NCBI GenBank assembly: GCA_037147375.1
Contig: JBAWVI010000046.1
Coordinates: forward strand, 1-7,538
From: an archaeon
GTDB lineage: Archaea > Iainarchaeota > Iainarchaeia > Iainarchaeales > CSSED10-239
Direction: 5' to 3'
DNA: 7,538 nt
Shown here in pieces: positions 1 through 5,181 of the stretch (position 1 is its first letter; each line of letters starts with the position of its first letter). The position numbers and the translations under genes were made by a program. Below the pieces are notes generated by a model. The model made no database searches. It was not told where the DNA came from and worked only from the letters and a program-made list of their open reading frames with translations.

Positions 1-1984
1 CCTTTCTTTTAAATCTTTCAACTTCGATTGCAGTTACAATTATGATTATGAAAAGACCAGCAACAATTATATAAAGTAAAGTATTGTTTGAAATTGTTTT
101 TTCTTTTTCATAAACATATACCTTTTGTTCATTAGCATCTTTGTTTCCTGTGGTCTCGTCTTGTGAAATAATTTTTGTAACATTATTTGTATCTACTACA
201 ATAACTTCTATGCTTGAGTTATCTGCGTTATTGTAATAAGCTAATACTTTATCTTCAACCTCAAGTATTCCTTTTGCCATATTAATTATAGAATTTGAAG
301 TTTGCATATCTCCTTTAGATTTTGCAACATCTGTTGCTGCAAAATATTGAGATGATTTATAAAAGTAAAGTGCATGATCTAAATACATTTTTGACCAAAC
401 ATGATTTTCTGAATTTAATTCTTTAATAGATCTAAGTCTACTATTAATAGTATCAAACTTTGCTTGGAATGGCACAGCCTCAAATGCTTGTACAGATTCA
501 TCCTTTGTAATTAAGATACCCATTGTTGTTGCTGAATCATACATAGATGTAACATACCAACCCTTCTCATAATTAATTTTAGCAGCGCTAAGTCTTCTCA
601 TAAGATCAGGATCATTTGATGTTTCTGGAGGAGAAATCATTAATTTATTTTCAATATCAATAATTCTTTGTTGTGCTTCATCCTTAAATGTACTTGATTC
701 TATAAACTTATATTTTGATTCAGTAATTCCAACATCAAGGAAATCATTTGAAATTTCAACCCATCCAACTGCATAACTATAATCTGAAACTCTTGTAAGT
801 GCTTCATTTGTGTTACCAGCTTTTAAAACTTCAAGCTTTTGCTGAGCCCAAGTAAGTCTTTGTCTAGCACCAATACACCATTCTAGTCTTTCAAGAGAGC
901 ATAAGCTACTTCTGTTTTCAGTAAGCTTAATCTTCTCTTCTAAAGTCTTTATTTTATCATCTAAAACAGTTGATGATTCACTAAGCATAGATGGATTATT
1001 TAATATTTCAGTTACGATTGTAACATTTACAATTGCAATAAATGAATTATTTGCTGCTGAATATAAATAATTATTAGATGAATATATTTTTGCTTCATTA
1101 ATTGCAGTTTCTGCACCTTCAGTTATTGATAAAATATTTTCTTGAATACTTTGATCTTTAATTAAGGTACTTTTATTAAGATTATCTTTTGCAGTTGCAA
1201 GTTTATCTTCAGCAACTAAAACAAAACTATCAGTTATGTTCTTCATTGGGTTTAATGCAATTGAATATTCTAGTTTACCAGGTGTAAACATTTCTGGCTT
1301 AACAATAGGAACAGAACTAATATTTATTTCATCAATGTTCTTTGAAACATATCCAAGAACATCAGTTAAGTTTTGTACTTCAACAATCTTCATACCCCAG
1401 GTTTTATATGAATAATCTATTAAATCAATTTTTTGAACATTTCCATCAATTGTTACAACTTGGATTCTGTTTCCTGCAGGAATCATAAATAACTTAATTC
1501 CAACTTCGCTTGCTTTTCTTGCTTTAAGGTAGATACCACCAACATCTCCAACAAAACCTTCTTGAGATATTGTTCCAGTCATACTTATATCGTTTGCTAT
1601 GTTTCTATCTTTAAACATAGACACCATTAAAAGAGCCATTGCAGCACCAGCTGATGGTCCATCAATTGAATAAGCACCAGAATCTATTTCAAATATATAA
1701 TCATATTTAGTTTTTGTGTTACCAATAACAAGATCAGTTGCATTAACTGCATACTTTTGAGATTCTTGGGTAGTGTTTCCTACAAGAGAATCAATATTTG
1801 CTAAAACCTTACCTGTTCCTGGGTGAATTTCTATGTTTAATGTTGCTTCCATTGCTGAATCTGGACCAGAAACTGCAAATATCTTCATTTCTCCATGTTC
1901 AATTAAAGCATAAGAGAATGGAGCTATGAAAACCATTGATATTGCTAATATAAGAAAACTAAGTAAATATTTTTTATTAAACAT
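1..1984 (-). CDS. Exported, membrane-anchored Lon-type (MEROPS S16 / Lon_C-like) serine protease domain protein with no AAA+ module. The 3' end runs off the window (>=661 aa).
   Basis: This ORF is absent from the supplied track because it has no in-window stop. My line-by-line translation from the ATG at 1984..1982 stays open for 661 codons down to nt 2. The N-terminus MFNKKYLLSFLILAISMVFIAPFSYA looks like a signal peptide or anchor. YSIDGPSAGAAMALLMVS (Ser111, nt 1652-1654) and GDVGGIYLKARKA (Lys154, nt 1523-1525) match the Lon Ser-Lys dyad, with the same 43-residue spacing as E. coli Lon S679/K722. A helical region of about 430 aa follows. The C-terminal hydrophobic segment LLYIIVAGLFIIIIVTAI (nt 26-79) is followed by the basic tail EVERFKRK. 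A GAGGTAGG motif (1994-2001) ends 9 nt upstream of the ATG. Confidence 0.85.
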   Translation of the reverse strand, partial: MFNKKYLLSFLILAISMVFIAPFSYALIEHGEMKIFAVSGPDSAMEATLNIEIHPGTGKVLANIDSLVGNTTQESQKYAVNATDLVIGNTKTKYDYIFEIDSGAYSIDGPSAGAAMALLMVSMFKDRNIANDISMTGTISQEGFVGDVGGIYLKARKASEVGIKLFMIPAGNRIQVVTIDGNVQKIDLIDYSYKTWGMKIVEVQNLTDVLGYVSKNIDEINISSVPIVKPEMFTPGKLEYSIALNPMKNITDSFVLVAEDKLATAKDNLNKSTLIKDQSIQENILSITEGAETAINEAKIYSSNNYLYSAANNSFIAIVNVTIVTEILNNPSMLSESSTVLDDKIKTLEEKIKLTENRSSLCSLERLEWCIGARQRLTWAQQKLEVLKAGNTNEALTRVSDYSYAVGWVEISNDFLDVGITESKYKFIESSTFKDEAQQRIIDIENKLMISPPETSNDPDLMRRLSAAKINYEKGWYVTSMYDSATTMGILITKDESVQAFEAVPFQAKFDTINSRLRSIKELNSENHVWSKMYLDHALYFYKSSQYFAATDVAKSKGDMQTSNSIINMAKGILEVEDKVLAYYNNADNSSIEVIVVDTNNVTKIISQDETTGNKDANEQKVYVYEKEKTISNNTLLYIIVAGLFIIIIVTAIEVERFKRK

Positions 1985-2017
1985 ATATAATAACCTACCT
2001 CAAATTAATTCATAAAT

Positions 2018-2061
2018 TATTTAATTACTAAGATAATATATAGAATATAGATTATTTAAAT
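2018..2061 (-). promoter_or_regulatory. Candidate archaeal promoter for the Lon-domain gene, with two TATA-like boxes.
   Basis: On the minus strand, TTTAAATA lies at 2061..2054, 69 nt upstream of the ATG. ATTAAATA lies at 2025..2018, 33 nt upstream of the ATG. TATA-like words are frequent in DNA this AT-rich, so this is only a candidate. Confidence 0.3.
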
Positions 2062-2073
2062 GTTACCTATATT

Positions 2074-2095
2074 AAAAAGCAAGATAAAATAAAAA
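2074..2095 (-). terminator. Candidate archaeal oligo-T termination signals after the DUF3750-like gene.
   Basis: On the minus strand, the 30 nt downstream of the TAA stop (2106..2104) read tcttcTTTTTattttatcttgcTTTTTaat. The two T5 tracts are at 2091-2095 and 2074-2078. Archaeal RNA polymerase is known to terminate at oligo-T runs. Confidence 0.3.
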
Positions 2096-2103
2096 GAAGA
2101 TAA

Positions 2104-2574
2104 TTACTTCTTCTTAATTATATAATTTTTTCCTATTGCATTTCTTGGGAGTTTTATTTTAATTTCTGGAAAATTATTAAGTATCCATTGAACATAAGTG
2201 TTGCTGTTGGGACCTAGAAAATTATAGATATGTAAATATGGATAGTTCTTTTTACTTTTCTTAACAAAATCAATTATTTTTTTTGCTAGTGCACCCTCTT
2301 TTTTATATAGAAGAGTGCCATTCCAAAACCATTTTTCAAAAAATATGAATTTTTCGATACCCTGAAAATGTGGAAACAAGTCAAGGTATAAATGAGTATT
2401 ATCTTTATTTTTTAAATGACGAACCTCATATCTTGTTAACTTGCCTTTTTCATTAATAACTATCCAAGGATGTCTTGCAAAATGAAATGGAGCATTTGCT
2501 GGGCAAGTGAAAATAAATACTTGATATTTATCTTTCTTAATTAATTTATTATAATCTATAATCAATTTAATCAT
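2104..2574 (-). CDS. DUF3750-like protein of unknown function, 156 aa, with no N-terminal membrane segment.
   Basis: This is a track ORF. ARHPWIVINEKGKLTRYEV and the C-terminal LGPNSNTYVQWILNNFPEIKIKLPRNAIGKNY resemble, from memory, the H-x-W-I-V ... R-Y-E/D-V ... PGPNSNTF-x-W ... LP-x-x-A-x-G-K/R-D-Y pattern of DUF3750 proteins. Its ATG (2574..2572) overlaps the scpB TGA (2573..2571) as ATGA. Confidence 0.75.
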   Translation of the reverse strand: MIKLIIDYNKLIKKDKYQVFIFTCPANAPFHFARHPWIVINEKGKLTRYEVRHLKNKDNTHLYLDLFPHFQGIEKFIFFEKWFWNGTLLYKKEGALAKKIIDFVKKSKKNYPYLHIYNFLGPNSNTYVQWILNNFPEIKIKLPRNAIGKNYIIKKK

Positions 2575-3122
2575 TTATTCCTTTTTTTTCTAGAATCAGG
2601 GTAAAGCATTTCAAACTTCTTTGTGGTTACAAGAACGTGGCGTCTTCCCTTTTTTTCAACAGTAACTAGGTTTAGATCCTTTAGTTTCTGAATATGCTCA
2701 TAAGGCCTCTTTCCAGTTATCTTTGATTGCATAACCGGGGAATTTAAGGATATATATGCTAAGGTTTTAAGCTCTCCTTTTGAAAGAGCAGCGCCAGCAG
2801 AGAAAACATTAAAAGAAGAGTATTCTGGTTTAACAACCATCTCAATATTTTCTCCATCTTTAACAATAGATATTCCTGAGTTTCTTTTATAATATTCATG
2901 CATAAGCTCAGCTATCTGGATATCAATTAAATCATGAGAAAGTCCAGGAAGAACTTTATAAATTTGTTTTAGTGCAATTGATTTTGGAGACATAAAGATA
3001 ATTGCTTCAATAGCTCCTTTAAGATAATTAGAATCAAACTTTTCAAGATCAAGCTTAACTTGAACTTGTGGTACATCTTTCTTTTGTGATGATACAATTG
3101 ATTTTTTTTCTTCTTCAACCAT
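2571..3122 (-). CDS. scpB: Segregation and condensation protein B (ScpB, SMC-associated KITE subunit with tandem winged helices).
   Basis: Three segments parallel Bacillus subtilis ScpB. AIEAIIFMSPKSIALKQIYKVL corresponds to AIVEALLFAAGDEGLSLKQIAAVL. LSKGELKTLAYISLNSPVMQSKI corresponds to LSQAALETLAIIAYRQPITRAEI. GRRHVLVTTKKFEMLYP corresponds to GRPILYGTTPEFLDYFG. The length (183 aa) is typical. Confidence 0.85.
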   Translation of the reverse strand: MVEEEKKSIVSSQKKDVPQVQVKLDLEKFDSNYLKGAIEAIIFMSPKSIALKQIYKVLPGLSHDLIDIQIAELMHEYYKRNSGISIVKDGENIEMVVKPEYSSFNVFSAGAALSKGELKTLAYISLNSPVMQSKITGKRPYEHIQKLKDLNLVTVEKKGRRHVLVTTKKFEMLYPDSRKKRNK

Positions 3123-3188
3123 AATTTATCAACATATAATTTATTAAACAATAATATAATAGATAAAGAATATAAAGATTATGCCTCT

Positions 3189-3536
3189 TTATTTCTTCTT
3201 CAAGGATTTCTTAATTGAATTTATTCCATACTCAATAGGAATTGTATCCATATTTAATGGAATTTCTTTAATATCAAGCTTTTCCATAAACTCACGATAT
3301 GGTATACCAGCAATCTCACTTGCTCCAGAAAGATTAACTAACTTATTTTTATAATTTTCAATTGCTTTTAATAACCTATACTCTGAAATATCTTTTTCTA
3401 TTAAGGATCTTATGTATTCTGATTCAGTTAAATTCTTTTCTTTTGCAATTGAATAAACAATAGTTGATAAAGAATCCTTTAATCTTAATGTTTTTACATT
3501 CATTTTATCCTTTAGTTCATATTTGTACTTTACCAT
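3189..3536 (-). CDS. Antitoxin-like DNA-binding protein with an N-terminal ribbon-helix-helix-like segment fused to a C-terminal UPF0175 (COG2886) domain.
   Basis: The C-terminal half, LLKAIENYKNKLVNLSGASEIAGIPYREFMEKLDIKEIPL, fits the UPF0175 pattern (short helix, then an S-x-x-x-A-A-E-x-A-G HTH, then the E-F-x-x-x-L-x-x-x-x-I-P tail). The N-terminal NVKTLRLKDSLSTIVYSIAKEKNLTESEYIRSLIEKDI has the strand-helix-helix periodicity of CopG/MetJ RHH proteins. An alternative start at the ATG 3503..3501 (MNVKTLRL) is preceded by AAGGA. Confidence 0.8.
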   Translation of the reverse strand: MVKYKYELKDKMNVKTLRLKDSLSTIVYSIAKEKNLTESEYIRSLIEKDISEYRLLKAIENYKNKLVNLSGASEIAGIPYREFMEKLDIKEIPLNMDTIPIEYGINSIKKSLKKK

Positions 3537-3550
3537 AATTACACACCAAA

Positions 3551-4078
3551 TTATAAATATTCTTTAATGTTTTTTAAACAACTAACAGGTATTGAGCTTT
3601 TTATTAAATCAATCTTTGAAAATACTTCTTTTTTAGATATCTTTTTTTCTAAATATAAAAATAATATAAATTCAATAATATTTGCAATCATTATATTGTT
3701 TTCTTTACAATAATTATATGGTCTTCCATTATCTATAAATAAAATATACTTTGTTTCTTCAGATAAAGCAATGCAATAAAGCTCTCCAGAATCTTTTGAA
3801 ACCTGACTTTCTAGTTGCTTTTTAATATGCTTTGGATCTTGCACGATTATTATTCCATCTTTCTTTAATTTATTATATTGTTTGATGTCTTCAGGAGTGT
3901 GTATAATAAATTTAAATGATTCTGACCAAGTTATTTCTTGCTCGACTTTTGTTGGGATAATAATTATCTTATAATATTCTAAGAACAAAGATAATAAATC
4001 AACTTTAATTAAATGTATCCAGAAAGATGCATCAACAATTGCACATGATCTATTATCCATATTAATTATATATACCAT
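3551..4078 (-). CDS. PIN-like nuclease-fold protein of the COG2405 / DUF3368 family (putative toxin).
   Basis: CAIVDASFWIHLIKVDLLSLF, IIPTKVEQEI, DSGELYCIALSEE, ILFIDNGRPYNYCKENNI and MIANIIEFILFLYLEKKIS follow the DUF3368 layout, with acidic residues at the four canonical PIN positions. An alternative start at the ATG 4060..4058 (MDNRSCAIVDAS) lies 22 nt downstream of a TTTATAAA box, which would fit a leaderless mRNA. Confidence 0.8.
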   Translation of the reverse strand: MVYIINMDNRSCAIVDASFWIHLIKVDLLSLFLEYYKIIIIPTKVEQEITWSESFKFIIHTPEDIKQYNKLKKDGIIIVQDPKHIKKQLESQVSKDSGELYCIALSEETKYILFIDNGRPYNYCKENNIMIANIIEFILFLYLEKKISKKEVFSKIDLIKSSIPVSCLKNIKEYL

Positions 4079-4082
4079 AAAA

Positions 4083-4108
4083 TTTATAAAAGTATTACTA
4101 GGTAATAC
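4083..4108 (-). promoter_or_regulatory. Candidate promoter/operator of the PIN / RHH-UPF0175 pair: a TATA box abutting a perfect 7-3-7 palindrome.
   Basis: GTATTAC-TAG-GTAATAC lies at 4092-4108 as a perfect 7-bp inverted repeat. It is 1 nt from TTTATAAA (4083-4090), so the palindrome occupies the BRE-proximal side of the TATA box. The whole element fills the 32-bp gap between the coiled-coil gene stop (4111) and the PIN start (4078). Confidence 0.35.
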
Positions 4109-4110
4109 AA

Positions 4111-4710
4111 TTAACTAAATTCTAAAAATAGTTGATTGCTTGATAATTCTCTATCAAGAGTACTAAACATTTTTATTCTACTATTGGTTTTTCTTAATTC
4201 TAGGTTTCTTGTAATTATCTTCATGATCTGAGAATAAAGTATTTCTCTTTTATTTCTTTCAATTGGATTATTAATATCATATAAATTATTTAATTTTTCA
4301 TCTAATTTAATATTAAATGAATTATATTTTTTAGTTAATATATTGTAATTTGGTTCTTTACTATCAAGCATAATAAGTTCTTTTTGCTTAATTAAATTCA
4401 TTCCAATCTCCAGTTTTCTAATAATTTTATTTGTTTTTGTTATTGATGCTCTAATCTCGTTTAGATTTTTGTTATTTTTATTATCTTGCTTAAAAATTAG
4501 TTTGTCCTTTTCCTTTTGAATTTCAATCTTTAATTTGCTTACTTCGTCTCTAAGTGTTGGGAACTTATAAACAAATTCTTTTCCAAAATAAGTAAAGGTA
4601 TGAACCTTTTTTGGATCAATAATTAATTTTCTTGGTAAATGCCCCATTTGATTTATTGTTTTAATTTTAGTAAACAATTTTTTAATAGGCATTTTTTGCA
4701 TAAATATCAA
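4111..4710 (-). CDS. Hypothetical lysine/asparagine-rich coiled-coil protein, about 193-199 aa, with no recognisable family.
   Basis: This is a track ORF. The track start is a TTG at 4710; ATG alternatives are at 4701 (MQK) and 4692 (MPIKK). Long heptad-like stretches include EVSKLKIEIQKEKDKLIF, IRASITKTNKIIRKLEIGMNLIKQKEL and ILYSQIMKIITRNLELRK. It has no hydrophobic segment and no catalytic motif that I recognise. It sits 11-29 bp downstream of the pilin-like gene. Confidence 0.65.
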   Translation of the reverse strand: MIFMQKMPIKKLFTKIKTINQMGHLPRKLIIDPKKVHTFTYFGKEFVYKFPTLRDEVSKLKIEIQKEKDKLIFKQDNKNNKNLNEIRASITKTNKIIRKLEIGMNLIKQKELIMLDSKEPNYNILTKKYNSFNIKLDEKLNNLYDINNPIERNKREILYSQIMKIITRNLELRKTNSRIKMFSTLDRELSSNQLFLEFS

Positions 4711-4721
4711 ATAGAAAGAAA

Positions 4722-4967
4722 TTAATTTGGATTTATGTTTTGACTTGCATTTTGAGGTATATAGATTACACTAATAGCAGTATTAAAATCTTTAACAAAA
4801 TTATCAGTTACATCTTCAGTTCCTTCAACTGTGTCTGTTGTAGATTCAATAGATTTACCTGAAAAATCTAAAAAGATAACAGCTAAAGCAATTGCAACCA
4901 CAAGTAAGATTGCTATTAATATTATTATTTCAAGAGAAACTTGTGCTTTTAATTTTTTATATATCAT
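4722..4967 (-). CDS. Small archaeal type IV pilin-like protein with a class III signal peptide (Class_IIIsignal / DUF361-type).
   Basis: MIYKKLKA|QVSLEIIILIAILLVVAIALAVIFL contains an exact QxSxExxxL motif (Q9, S11, E13, L17). It follows a short basic leader ending in K-A and is itself followed by a hydrophobic helix of about 20 residues. The mature part is about 73 aa and acidic/Thr-rich (TTDTVEGTEDVTD). An AGGT motif lies 9 nt upstream of the ATG. Confidence 0.8.
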   Translation of the reverse strand: MIYKKLKAQVSLEIIILIAILLVVAIALAVIFLDFSGKSIESTTDTVEGTEDVTDNFVKDFNTAISVIYIPQNASQNINPN

Positions 4968-4979
4968 AAATATTCAACC

Positions 4980-5108
4980 TTATTTTTTATATTTTGCAAT
5001 TAATTTTTTTAATAATTCTGCTTTTTTTGGGTTTTTCTTCACACTAATAACCTTACGTACAGCTTGAGCTTTAATCTTTTTCTTAAGTCTAGGACCAACT
5101 CTATTCAT
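4980..5108 (-). CDS. Unannotated 42-aa highly basic small protein (MNRVGPRLKKKIKAQAVRKVISVKKNPKKAELLKKLIAKYKK).
   Basis: I translated this ORF myself; it is not in the track. The ATG is at 5108..5106 and the TAA stop at 4982..4980. A GAGGT motif (5117-5121) lies 8 nt upstream, the same spacing as at the 227-aa gene. TTTAAATA (5148..5141) lies 32 nt upstream. Its stop overlaps the pilin gene's SD-like motif (TAAGGT). 17 of 42 residues are K or R. The ORF is short, so coding status is not certain. Confidence 0.5.
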   Translation of the reverse strand: MNRVGPRLKKKIKAQAVRKVISVKKNPKKAELLKKLIAKYKK

Positions 5109-5140
5109 AAGTAAAAACCTCAAATATATGTTATCATTAC

Positions 5141-5161
5141 TATTTAAAAAACTATTGCAAT
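5141..5161 (-). promoter_or_regulatory. Candidate promoter for the cassette (small ORF and downstream genes). The T6 tract may also act as the scpA termination signal.
   Basis: The minus strand reads ATTGCAAT-agtt-TTTAAATA. The TATA consensus 8-mer at 5148..5141 is identical to the one at 2061..2054. T6 lies at 5146-5151 and an 8-bp palindrome ATTGCAAT at 5154-5161, all in the 73-bp gap after the scpA stop. Confidence 0.35.
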
Positions 5162-5181
5162 CATTAGCTTTTGGCTTTTAA

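Noticed and set aside
2969-3151. 60-aa minus-strand track ORF (MFNKLYVDKLWLKKKKNQ...) overlapping the 5' part of scpB in another frame.
   Set aside because: It lies almost entirely inside the well-supported scpB frame. Its composition is low-complexity K/L-rich, as expected from an off-frame reading of AT-rich coding DNA. It has no SD-like motif. I treat it as a shadow ORF.
4831-5067. 78-aa plus-strand track ORF (GTG start) antisense to the pilin-like gene and the 42-aa ORF.
   Set aside because: It is antisense to two better-supported genes and runs straight across their intergenic SD region. Its F/I/N-rich sequence is the mirror image of K-rich coding DNA. It would be the only plus-strand gene in the window and has no start signals.
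3123-5181. Possible attachment-site direct repeats or other mobile-element boundaries flanking the scpA-scpB insert.
   Set aside because: I compared the two boundary spacers (3123-3188 and 5109-5181) by eye and found no shared word of 10 nt or more. There is no integrase, transposase or tRNA target in the window. I therefore do not call a mobile element.
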